Positions 43,369-52,713 of a stretch of DNA of 64,000 nt are shown in pieces. Each line of letters opens with the position of its first letter. Position 1 is the stretch's first letter. This stretch comes from a virus (Duplodnaviria > Caudoviricetes): positions 150 to 64,149 of the IMG/VR virus record IMGVR_UViG_3300033067_000616; one strand, 5' to 3'. The notes below the pieces were generated by a model, which saw only the letters and a list, made by a program, of their open reading frames with translations, was not told the origin of the DNA and did not search any database. The position numbers were made by a program, and so were the translations under genes.

Positions 43369-46300
43369 TTCTTCCAAATGTTACAATATTAAAATCTATT
43401 TTTTGATCTCTTCCTTGAGTTAATGTGAAGTCAACGTATTGAGTACAAAAATGAACTCTAAACTTAACAGATCTAGGTGATGTGCTTATGTTGTTTTGAA
43501 CTCTAGCATAAACATCTTGAGCTCCTACACCTGATTGACAATACGTTGGTATCTCAACCCAGTTAGTACCAGATCCGAGATTTATAAGCTCAATACTCCA
43601 AGCTGATGTTCCAGATATAGAAAACATAAACTCAAGCTCCCCTTGCGTATTAAAAGGAACACTACTATTTTTCGGATTTATAACAATATCGCAAGGTGTA
43701 TTTCTTCTCTCAGTTGTCGCAATTACATAATTCTGATTATATGGGTCATATGCGCCAAGTTTTGCAAAATTTGGAGTAGTTCTCAACTCATCTCTAAAAT
43801 AATCAGACATACCCATTCTGGATATTTCCATAACCTGATCTCCAACCATTTCAAGCACAACACCGCGTCTAGCGTCTGTAAAATATATCTCATTTCCCCA
43901 CGCAGCAAAACTCTCTGGATTTGTAGATATTCCAAACTCATAAGGGAGTGCAATTTGAGTTCCAAGTACTTCTGGAACAGAAGCCACTGAGCTGCCGCCT
44001 ACTGCATCAACCAATAAGTTTTTTCCATATAAAACAGACGTAATCTTATCCTGATGTAATACTAGTAAGTCAGTTGTTCTAGCATATAGCTTTTGCACAG
44101 AGCCAAAGTTCTTATCTAAATTCTTAAAGTTAGCGAGCGATAAGTTGAACTCATTTAATCTGTTAATTGATGAGTCCCAACGATAAAGTCCGCTATATGT
44201 GAGTGACGCGTCTTTAACTTGTTGCTCGTAATCTTCAATAACAGCACTAGCGCGTAGACTATATTTAAGCCATGGCTCATTAAACGTATCAAGTATTCTA
44301 TTTGACTCAACACCATTTCCATAGGCGTATGCGTTGTAGTCTGAATTCTTATTACCAGGGTTATTTATTTTAATAACCGCTGAGTTTAATGCACCTGTTT
44401 GGTCTTTATCTAATATATTATTGGATACGCCTCCAGAATCATTAGTTGGCGCAACCGTGTCAATATATATAGTGTATCTATCTGGTGTGGCAGTTACTGT
44501 AAAAGGCGTGTTAGCCGGTAAGTTTGTAGATGTAATGTAGACAGTATCACCAACAGAAAAATAATGTGGATGTTTATTGCCATTTTGAACTAGCTTAGTG
44601 TTCAATCCAATAACAATAGACTCGTCATAATGCCAAAGTGATAAGTGATTCCCGGCTTCAATTGGATAAGTTCTACTCATCTCATAGAAGATATCTACAT
44701 CGTCATTAGCTGGAACTGTTTCAGCTGTTAATCTATTATTTAAAGGCGTCTGAGTGACTTTTAAAGATGCTTTTATTTCGTTTCTTTGAGTGGATATAAA
44801 ACTTCCATCTCCAAAACCTTGTATACACATATACAGTTTAGATCCCGGTATGGATGTAAAAACTTGACCAATTTGATTTGAAATTGGGTTTCCATTATTT
44901 ACATATAGCACTCCATTTCTAAATGTAACACCTTTTGAGCCTATATTATTGGTTGAGTTTTGATCTTTCCATTGAACGAAATTAGCATACTCACCAGACT
45001 CATAAAACCATTCCTCTAAATTGACATAATAATCAGAAGAAGTAAATGTATTACTAGATGATCTATACCCATCATTAGGGGCACTATCATAATCAATATT
45101 TATATCTATTTGAGCTCCTGGAAATATTTCACTACCTGTTGGCTCTTCAAGAAAAACAGTGCCTCCATATCCATCATTTGGCTGAAATAAATCTATATTA
45201 GCCGGAAGACCGAATCCATTGTTATTTCTTGCAGTTGGAGTCCCTGCTAATGAACCTACACCTCTTATATTAAACACAAATCTATCTCCAGCAGTATAGT
45301 TACCAGATTGGAAAACAAGCTCTACTGTTTGAGATGGAGTAGTTGCAACTGAAATTAATATAGGTGATGTAACTATATTTGATTCAGCGCTCCAAGTTGT
45401 TTGAGCTAGATTGAATGTATACTTGTATTTATTACCAGGCGTAATCATTACAACAAGCCTTGCATCAGTTAAGCAATCTATGTTTTGCAATGAAACTGAA
45501 GGACCTGTATTTTGTATGGAATTATCACCAGAGAAATTATAATAAGCTTTTGTATATGCTATATCTGCATTAACACCCCTATCATAAATAGGCTGAATAG
45601 TTTGTTGAAATTCTAATGCGAATTTAGGACCTCTTCCTGACCCATTAAATCCATATACTGACTGACTTGTAGAGCTGATAAATGTATCACTTGCGTCAGC
45701 TTTAATTTTAAAATAAAGGCCTTCTAGTGAACCGCTATATATTGAATTAGCAGCTTTATAATCTAGCTCAAGTACTTTAAATCTTTTGTTTGAATTGGTA
45801 GGTCCAGATCCAGAAGACTTAAATATAATATAGCCGTTTACTTTTATCTTATCTCTATCAGATTCATTTATTAAAAAATACCTATATGATCCTGATACTA
45901 AATAAGTTGTTGGGAAAATATTGTAGTATTCAGTCTTTGATTGCTTTATAAAAAATCTATATCCGGTTGCCCATTCAGGTGCTTGGTTTTTAATACTAAC
46001 TATTAATGAATTCGCAGCACTCGATTTTGCAGGTGGTATATAAACAGAATTTGATTGATTATTACCGGGTATTGATTGAGTTGACGTACCATCTATTGGT
46101 GTAAGAACAGTAGTCATACGACCATAGTCATCTAGATAGGCAATACCTATCTCATAATCTCTATCACTTCTCCATGTTTGCTTTGGTGTTGATGTTACCG
46201 GCTCATCAACAAAACCAACATTAAAATTGACATCAATAAAATCTCCATTACTTAATACCAAGTCATTGAATTGGGTATAGTTACCCATAACTAGTCTGTT

Positions 46301-47302
46301 GCCAATTATCTCTTGAGCTAGTGCTTTAATTGGCACGTTATCAAATAATCTAGTCACCTGATCAGAAGGAAGCGCTGCATACGTTTTATTGTTCATGAAA
46401 AAGAACGAATACGTAGCGTTATCAGGTATACTTAACTCATCCTTATTTATAGTCTCTATAATTTTTACATTGAGTGTTCTAGACTCCCATACTAATAATT
46501 GTATTTCTTTTACAAACTGACTACCAGTTTCAAATACTATCTCAACTTGATTAAACTTATTGAGCATTCCTTTATTCTCTCCAGTATCACTATCAATAAA
46601 AAGATCTTTAGGATCAAATGCCACAGCTGATAGCGGAGACATTGCGGAATACTCATTATCTAAATACTTATACCTATAACTGAAATAAACAAATTTGTCC
46701 TCAATATTATTTGGGGCAAGTGTTGGAGTAGATACAGTGCTCAGTGATATATATGGCGAATTCAGTGGAGGAGCTGTAATTAGATTGATGTCCTCGTTTA
46801 TTCTAGGATCATCAATGCTATATGATTTAGCTCTACTAATATTGATCTTTCGAGGCTCATTCAAATTATCATTCCAGATTAAAAAACCACCTCCTTTACC
46901 GTCAGTTATGTAATTTGCACCTGTTATTAAATTGTTAGCGCTTAGACCTAATTGATTTGTAGTGGATCCTAAAACTATCTGACCTATATTTGTGACGTCA
47001 TTGTACTCAAATATACCCTCAAAATCAGGCCCTACAACCCACCAATAAATTAAATTTAAAGGCTCATATGATATAGCTCCAACAGTTGTAAGAGGGCCAG
47101 ATGTTATACCTATAGAATCTAATATTATAGATGGCTCAACGATAGCAATATTACCAAGTGCATTCTGAACTGCACCAATATTAGAGCCTTCAGATGTATC
47201 AATAGTAACGTTAACCGCATCACGATATTCGCCATCAGGTAGTAATCTCTCATCGAGATCCTTATTCATTCTACCTGCAAGAAATGTTCTTTGAAGTTCC
47301 AT
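43361..47302 (-). CDS. Tail tubular B/stabilization protein
   Basis: F.AG.MNKDLDERL+P.GEYRDA.N; F.YRYKY.D.E.S; GNRL+.GNY; R.YE.GI.Y.D.YGR; N.LNEFN....NFK; YG.S.NPESF. Confidence 0.75.
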   Translation of the reverse strand: MELQRTFLAGRMNKDLDERLLPDGEYRDAVNVTIDTSEGSNIGAVQNALGNIAIVEPSIILDSIGITSGPLTTVGAISYEPLNLIYWWVVGPDFEGIFEYNDVTNIGQIVLGSTTNQLGLSANNLITGANYITDGKGGGFLIWNDNLNEPRKINISRAKSYSIDDPRINEDINLITAPPLNSPYISLSTVSTPTLAPNNIEDKFVYFSYRYKYLDNEYSAMSPLSAVAFDPKDLFIDSDTGENKGMLNKFNQVEIVFETGSQFVKEIQLLVWESRTLNVKIIETINKDELSIPDNATYSFFFMNNKTYAALPSDQVTRLFDNVPIKALAQEIIGNRLVMGNYTQFNDLVLSNGDFIDVNFNVGFVDEPVTSTPKQTWRSDRDYEIGIAYLDDYGRMTTVLTPIDGTSTQSIPGNNQSNSVYIPPAKSSAANSLIVSIKNQAPEWATGYRFFIKQSKTEYYNIFPTTYLVSGSYRYFLINESDRDKIKVNGYIIFKSSGSGPTNSNKRFKVLELDYKAANSIYSGSLEGLYFKIKADASDTFISSTSQSVYGFNGSGRGPKFALEFQQTIQPIYDRGVNADIAYTKAYYNFSGDNSIQNTGPSVSLQNIDCLTDARLVVMITPGNKYKYTFNLAQTTWSAESNIVTSPILISVATTPSQTVELVFQSGNYTAGDRFVFNIRGVGSLAGTPTARNNNGFGLPANIDLFQPNDGYGGTVFLEEPTGSEIFPGAQIDINIDYDSAPNDGYRSSSNTFTSSDYYVNLEEWFYESGEYANFVQWKDQNSTNNIGSKGVTFRNGVLYVNNGNPISNQIGQVFTSIPGSKLYMCIQGFGDGSFISTQRNEIKASLKVTQTPLNNRLTAETVPANDDVDIFYEMSRTYPIEAGNHLSLWHYDESIVIGLNTKLVQNGNKHPHYFSVGDTVYITSTNLPANTPFTVTATPDRYTIYIDTVAPTNDSGGVSNNILDKDQTGALNSAVIKINNPGNKNSDYNAYAYGNGVESNRILDTFNEPWLKYSLRASAVIEDYEQQVKDASLTYSGLYRWDSSINRLNEFNLSLANFKNLDKNFGSVQKLYARTTDLLVLHQDKITSVLYGKNLLVDAVGGSSVASVPEVLGTQIALPYEFGISTNPESFAAWGNEIYFTDARRGVVLEMVGDQVMEISRMGMSDYFRDELRTTPNFAKLGAYDPYNQNYVIATTERRNTPCDIVINPKNSSVPFNTQGELEFMFSISGTSAWSIELINLGSGTNWVEIPTYCQSGVGAQDVYARVQNNISTSPRSVKFRVHFCTQYVDFTLTQGRDQKIDFNIVTFGRNE

Positions 47303-48211
47303 TTACTTAATCCATTTATCCTTGCCTCGCATAGCCATAAGCAATCGACCTGGATGCATGTTACTCAATCTAATTTTAGTATTTCTCAATGTAGAGGTCT
47401 TTTCTTTTTTAACTCTGTTTATTACATATTCCTGAATACCAAACTTATTATTAAGAAGGGCCCATTTTAGATATGAATAAACATATTCTTCTGCGAGTTT
47501 GTTGATTGTGATAAGAGAGTCATCACCATTCTCCATTCCATCTGAAATGTATTCAAGAACAATAAATGAATTCTCAACACCGGATGTAAAATCAATTACA
47601 CCAGCTGCTTTGTTGATGTAGTATTTTGGATTGATGTTTGCGTCAGCTGTATTCAATCCGAAATTTTGAGCTATTGGATATCCAAAATACCACTCCCCCT
47701 CATATTCCCAACCCCATTGGTTGTAATATGGACCAGGGCCTACATATAGTTTGTTCTCTTGACGGAGTATATCTAACTTAGCCTCACCTATAACTACCTC
47801 TCCATTTGAGTCAAACACAATATCACCTGTATTATCTTGAAGATATGCAGTAGCTGTTATGCTTTGACGAGCCTCTGTTAATGGGTATAGCACGCCATTT
47901 CGAAGCATTGAAATCCTAACATAGTTTACATAGTCAGGCGGTAATACCATTTTCAACTGATTGCCTAATTCAAACTCAAGAACCTTTATATTTCTAAGTG
48001 CATCGTAGTTTAACTCTTGAATAGCTCTCTTTGTGTGAAATAGTACAGTATATCGATCGACATTGTTAACCAACTTATCGTTGCCAACATACATCAACAT
48101 AAAGTTGTTTACAATATCAGCTAGGCTGACATACTGGTAAGATCCCCAATTAGCATCTTCAGGGACATTACCATTATTAGTATAGTACTGATAGTTAGTG
48201 ATATATGCCAT
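47303..48211 (-). CDS. Head-tail adaptor/tail tubular A-like protein
   Basis: YQY.SL.DI+NNF...YVG..K+.....R..V.FH.KR.+QEL.YD; +.LEYISDG. Confidence 0.65.
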   Translation of the reverse strand: MAYITNYQYYTNNGNVPEDANWGSYQYVSLADIVNNFMLMYVGNDKLVNNVDRYTVLFHTKRAIQELNYDALRNIKVLEFELGNQLKMVLPPDYVNYVRISMLRNGVLYPLTEARQSITATAYLQDNTGDIVFDSNGEVVIGEAKLDILRQENKLYVGPGPYYNQWGWEYEGEWYFGYPIAQNFGLNTADANINPKYYINKAAGVIDFTSGVENSFIVLEYISDGMENGDDSLITINKLAEEYVYSYLKWALLNNKFGIQEYVINRVKKEKTSTLRNTKIRLSNMHPGRLLMAMRGKDKWIK

Positions 48212-48927
48212 TATTGTTTAGTTTGAATATCTTGTACTTCTTCAGATTTAGCAGCCGACACAACATCCTGTTCTCTAATTGATATGCCAGAATATTGAAG
48301 AATCTTAACAACCAAATTAGCAAAATCATCTAACGGCAATTCAAAATCTTGATATGTTGGAAGTGATGCATCAAACAACGGATCACCTAATGGTGTTGTT
48401 GTAAACGTCCATTGCGGGTCCTTTGGATATCTTAAGTATTGTGTAGTTATGTTTGTATTAATTGAAGTAGGATACACTATAATCCCGGCTTGATCCATTG
48501 TATATACAGGGTAAGAAGCTGTAGGTGCCGTGAGATTTGAATTCACTAAGTTCAATATTTTACGATGGCTTACTTTTTCTACTTCAGTACTATTATTATA
48601 AATTACTTTTTCTAGAAAATAGTAATCCGGTGGTAAATTAAACTTACTAGTACCAACATTGTAAGTTAAACCTGTAAATACAGAAAAAGTATCAATAACC
48701 TCAGCCATATTTTTTGGAATATCAGTATATCCCTCACCATGCATTCGAGCATTCTGCTTATTGATTGCATTGCTATAATTAAAGACGTATTGCCCAAAAA
48801 TTTCAAGCTGAGCTTGTTTAGCAAATAGGTTAAACTCAAACGGAGTAATGTATCCGCGATTATCCTTACTAATTATAGAGAGTACTGTATTTCGAACGTC
48901 ATTGATCATCTGACTGCTTTTGTACAA
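48211..48927 (-). CDS. Head-tail connector protein; likely start MINDVR at 48909
   Basis: +N.V..TVL.I..K..RGY+TP.EFN..A.Q.QLEIF; Y+R.P..P.W. Confidence 0.65.
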   Translation of the reverse strand: MYKSSQMINDVRNTVLSIISKDNRGYITPFEFNLFAKQAQLEIFGQYVFNYSNAINKQNARMHGEGYTDIPKNMAEVIDTFSVFTGLTYNVGTSKFNLPPDYYFLEKVIYNNSTEVEKVSHRKILNLVNSNLTAPTASYPVYTMDQAGIIVYPTSINTNITTQYLRYPKDPQWTFTTTPLGDPLFDASLPTYQDFELPLDDFANLVVKILQYSGISIREQDVVSAAKSEEVQDIQTKQ

Positions 48928-48935
48928 AGATAAAT

Positions 48936-48965
48936 AAAAAAAGGCACTCCATAAGAAGTGCCCTT
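48936..48965 (-). terminator. Rho-independent terminator
   Basis: ggcact/agtgcc stem followed by a U7 run on the - strand. Confidence 0.7.
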
Positions 48966-48986
48966 TCAGTAGTAGTTAGCTTTAGA

Positions 48987-49268
48987 TTAAGCGATAGCAA
49001 TACCAGATACAGCGTAAGGTAAGTTTGTTACAGCATAAGCTGGACGAGTCCAAGCTGTTTGTAATGCAGCGATAACTGCGGTTTCAATTGCATCGCGCTC
49101 TAGTTCGTCGCCTGCACCAGCAGTAGCATGAGTAAGGGTTACAATTTTACCGCCACCGTAAGTGATAGTAACTGTAGTTGTAGAAGCCTGCTCAATTAAC
49201 TTGATGTCAGTGCAGGATACCAATTGGTTTTGCTCATCGGTAACCGGGATAGATAAAAACTTTTCCAT
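48987..49268 (-). CDS. Small capsid-associated protein
   Basis: 93-aa ORF two genes after the MCP. Confidence 0.5.
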   Translation of the reverse strand: MEKFLSIPVTDEQNQLVSCTDIKLIEQASTTTVTITYGGGKIVTLTHATAGAGDELERDAIETAVIAALQTAWTRPAYAVTNLPYAVSGIAIA

Positions 49269-49303
49269 TTTGTAAAAATTAATGGGTTAAACAATGCTCA
49301 AAG

Positions 49304-50068
49304 TTAATCATTTCCTGAGAACTTTTCTTCAAGGAATTTGTATAGCTCTAAACCTTCGTCTGATTGTAAGTATGATGCAAGCGCATGGATATGATCATGA
49401 CCAAATGGAACCGTCATTAAACGCTTCTTATTGTCCTTCAGGTTAAAGTGAATGTCTTTATTCCCACGGAATGTAAAGTACCCAGCCGTAAATGCTCTAG
49501 CTGCAAAATTATTGATCTTAAGAAGTGGATCAGATGCTGCTTCCATGAAATCTTGAGGGTATCGTTTAGCAAATAACATCATGTCACGCTTAATCTCTGT
49601 AGAACTCATGTTGTCAACATTTGAGCTTAATACCAATCTAGCTACAGCCTCAAGAGTATTAAAATCATTATCTGCTAAATCACGGGCAAGTAATAAAGCA
49701 TCAATTTCAGAGAATAGCTCTTGAACATCTTCTTGAGCGTCTTTTTCTGGATCAAACTCATAAAATTCAGACCCATTATTAGGATGATAATATAAGAACT
49801 CTTGCAGCACTGGATTATTTTTTGGTACTTTTAAAATACCATCTTCAAATACAATTGGCTCTACAATTACATTAGCATCCTGCTCGTCTTGAAATGGGCT
49901 TTTTGAATTTCGCGCATAGCGAAGTGGGTGATTCGTATTTGTTTCTTCATCATAATAAAGTAAACGTTTACGAGGAGTGTCTTTGTGTGCAATAAAATAG
50001 CTCAATGGAGCTTCTTGCATATTTAATAAATAAGTCCTATCCTTAGGCTCTAGTTTTACTCTTTTCAT
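49304..50068 (-). CDS. Conserved structural/assembly protein
   Basis: LRYA.N..SPF.DEQ.....+.PI.F.DG.L.V......LQ.FL..HP. Confidence 0.6.
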   Translation of the reverse strand: MKRVKLEPKDRTYLLNMQEAPLSYFIAHKDTPRKRLLYYDEETNTNHPLRYARNSKSPFQDEQDANVIVEPIVFEDGILKVPKNNPVLQEFLYYHPNNGSEFYEFDPEKDAQEDVQELFSEIDALLLARDLADNDFNTLEAVARLVLSSNVDNMSSTEIKRDMMLFAKRYPQDFMEAASDPLLKINNFAARAFTAGYFTFRGNKDIHFNLKDNKKRLMTVPFGHDHIHALASYLQSDEGLELYKFLEEKFSGND

Positions 50069-50088
50069 TTGATATAATTTAAATTATT

Positions 50089-50123
50089 AAAAAAAATAGA
50101 GAGGGACATTACTGTCCCTCTCG
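50089..50123 (-). terminator. Rho-independent terminator after the MCP
   Basis: gagagggac/gtccctctc 9-bp stem followed by a U-run on the - strand. Confidence 0.8.
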
Positions 50124-50137
50124 TATTATTGGTCTTC

Positions 50138-51553
50138 TTATCCTTTGAAGATAAAGAAGTTGTTAGCACCTAGTGTACAAAGAGCACGCTCAGACAAGAA
50201 GTTAACTTCCATTGCATCGAGTGAACTTGTAGCAGCACCACCAGCTGACCCAGTCATCCAAGTTTTATAACGACGGTTTTCAGCTTCAGAAGCACGGTAA
50301 CGAACGTGAAGGAATGGACGTTTTGCATTCTTACCAAGTACTTGATCGTAAACGCTCATTGTACCAGCAGGAACCAAAACACCATTAACAGCACCACCAA
50401 CGATACCACCGCGAAGGGTTGCGTCGTTAAGGTATTTCCAATCTGTCTTGTAGAACTCATAACCACGACGGAATCCAGAGAAACCAAGGTTAAGGGCCAT
50501 TTCTTCGCTGTTGTCAAACAAGCCGTAAGAAGTACCACCAGCGCCGTAAGAGTTTTGAGCAGCCAACATATCGTCGATGTCAAAAGAGAACTGACGGTTT
50601 AAGAACAATACGTTCTCAGCGATAGCACCTTGCTTGTCAAGACGTTGTACGATTGTATCAAAGTCACCTAAAGAAGATGGGTTACCACCAGACCAAACGT
50701 TACCACGGCTTTCAATGGCATTGAACATACCTTGAGTACCAGCACCTGTAGTTGCAGGTGGTGTTGGAGATGAAACACCAAGAGCAGCAGCGGCACCTGA
50801 ATTATTAGCAGCAGGAACACCTTCAACCATCGCCATTTCGAGGTAGTCCTCAAAACGTAAACGAGTTTCGTGCTCAGACTTCATATACCAGTAGTACCCA
50901 GTAGCTCCGTTCTCAGTAGTTACTTCAACCCAACCAACTTGAGCCATGTCAGAACCAGATACGCGATATGTATCTTTAATAATAATTGGCTTGTTATCAA
51001 AGAAAAGATCTTGTGACTCTAAAGATCCGTCCATTCCGCTTGTACCTTTCTTAAATTCAGAACCATATACAAATGCAGTAACAGTTCCAGATGTAAATGG
51101 AGTTGATCCAAATGCAGAATAGTAAGCAACAGTAAATGTACTTGATGTTACATCTACAATAACACCTTTTGCAGATTGAGCTGAATTACTTTCAGATGAA
51201 AGGAATACAGTTTGACCATTACGGAAGTTACAAGTTCCAGAAGGAAGTGTAAATACTTGCTGACCAGCAGCAGGAGTTCCTAATGCACCATAAGTCAATC
51301 CGGTGTATTTGGTGTGAAGACGACCTTGTTCTGCCCATTTAATGAGGTCAGAGTTAGTAGGAAGTTCTGCACCTACCATACGCAAGAAAGATGCGATTGA
51401 ACGGTTACCGTAACGCTCAAATTCTTGCTCGTAAGTGTCAGGCAAATATTGATTCAAGAAATCAAAATTTGTGATGTAGTTTGTAGGCAATGTTGCCTTT
51501 ACAGCACTCGGGGTCAACAATGGACCCGGAGATACAGCTAATGTACCAGCCAT
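50138..51553 (-). CDS. Major capsid protein
   Basis: QYLPD.YE.EFERYGNR.+..FLR.VGAE.P..SD...W.EQGRLH; position after the scaffold; followed by a terminator. Confidence 0.85.
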   Translation of the reverse strand: MAGTLAVSPGPLLTPSAVKATLPTNYITNFDFLNQYLPDTYEQEFERYGNRSIASFLRMVGAELPTNSDLIKWAEQGRLHTKYTGLTYGALGTPAAGQQVFTLPSGTCNFRNGQTVFLSSESNSAQSAKGVIVDVTSSTFTVAYYSAFGSTPFTSGTVTAFVYGSEFKKGTSGMDGSLESQDLFFDNKPIIIKDTYRVSGSDMAQVGWVEVTTENGATGYYWYMKSEHETRLRFEDYLEMAMVEGVPAANNSGAAAALGVSSPTPPATTGAGTQGMFNAIESRGNVWSGGNPSSLGDFDTIVQRLDKQGAIAENVLFLNRQFSFDIDDMLAAQNSYGAGGTSYGLFDNSEEMALNLGFSGFRRGYEFYKTDWKYLNDATLRGGIVGGAVNGVLVPAGTMSVYDQVLGKNAKRPFLHVRYRASEAENRRYKTWMTGSAGGAATSSLDAMEVNFLSERALCTLGANNFFIFKG

Positions 51554-51558
51554 TTTTT

Positions 51559-52680
51559 CTAGTTTTTAGGTTTTTGTTTAATAACTAATCTGTTACCGTA
51601 ACTAGGTTCTATAGCTCTTACTTGAATACCACCGTCAGCTTTCTTAGTCACTTGAGTAGATTGGCGAACCATATCGATATTCTTTGACTCCTTGGAGACT
51701 GTATCAACTGTATCTGCCATTCCCTTCTCATAGAAGAATTTTGCAAACTTATCAGGATTCGAAGCAATCGCTATTGCTCGATGGAATAACTCAGCATCTT
51801 TAAGATATCCATCTTCGTTTAAGAACTTATTTACAAAGTTCTTTAGTGAAGACTGCTCCTCAAGAAGTGACTTAGCTTCTGCTGGCTTATAGGTAACTGC
51901 TTTGTTTTCATCAATCGCAAATTTGAAACCTTCAAATTTATCAGAAAACAACTCGTTAGTTTTTTCAGCAAAATACTGAGACCGCTTCGTTTGTTCCTCT
52001 TGCTCGCTAGTTGCGGCTTTTTTATATTGCTTATAAGATTCGTAAGCTTCTTTTTCTTCTGCCGGAACAAAGGACTCCCTTGACTCAAGCGGAACCTTAT
52101 ACTGTTCTTTTAGTTTATTAAAATACTCACGAGCCTTAGTCAGCTCTTTTTTACGTTCTAGCTTTACCTTTTTAATATGCTTATCATCATCAAAGTCTTC
52201 ATCGTATGAATACTTAGACTCAAGCTCAAACTTCACCTCGTCAGCATCAAGCTCGGGGTTCTGTTCTTTGTGGTATTGGTAAAGCAAAGAATCTTCATCC
52301 ATGGCGCTATAGTCGATATTCAATTTCATGAAGTCTTCAATACCACGCCCTGTTTCTTTCTTATACTTTAAGAACGCAGAGACATCTTCAGGTAGTTCTT
52401 CAGCTTGTGATCGCTGCTCAACTAATTCATCCAAAGATGTAATCTCTTTGTTCCATCTTTTACCTAGATATGAAAGAACTTTATTATCATCTAAATCCAC
52501 CTCTTGTGGTGGAGTTTCTTCTGTTACTGTTTCAACTGGTGGTTGAGTTTCCGTCAAGTCTACCTTGATGGTATCATTGTCACCAGAGTGATCTTCTAAT
52601 CCTTCAAGAAGCGCTGCTTCTTTTTCAGCTAAAGACTTCTCCTCGAATTCTACAGCTCTTACTTTAAATTCACCTTCCAT
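51559..52680 (-). CDS. Capsid scaffolding protein
   Basis: Acidic, helical; KYK.ETGRG+.DF..L; located between portal and MCP. Confidence 0.7.
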   Translation of the reverse strand: MEGEFKVRAVEFEEKSLAEKEAALLEGLEDHSGDNDTIKVDLTETQPPVETVTEETPPQEVDLDDNKVLSYLGKRWNKEITSLDELVEQRSQAEELPEDVSAFLKYKKETGRGIEDFMKLNIDYSAMDEDSLLYQYHKEQNPELDADEVKFELESKYSYDEDFDDDKHIKKVKLERKKELTKAREYFNKLKEQYKVPLESRESFVPAEEKEAYESYKQYKKAATSEQEEQTKRSQYFAEKTNELFSDKFEGFKFAIDENKAVTYKPAEAKSLLEEQSSLKNFVNKFLNEDGYLKDAELFHRAIAIASNPDKFAKFFYEKGMADTVDTVSKESKNIDMVRQSTQVTKKADGGIQVRAIEPSYGNRLVIKQKPKN

Positions 52681-52713
52681 TTAATTTAATTTTCAACAAA
52701 GTTAGTAATTATT

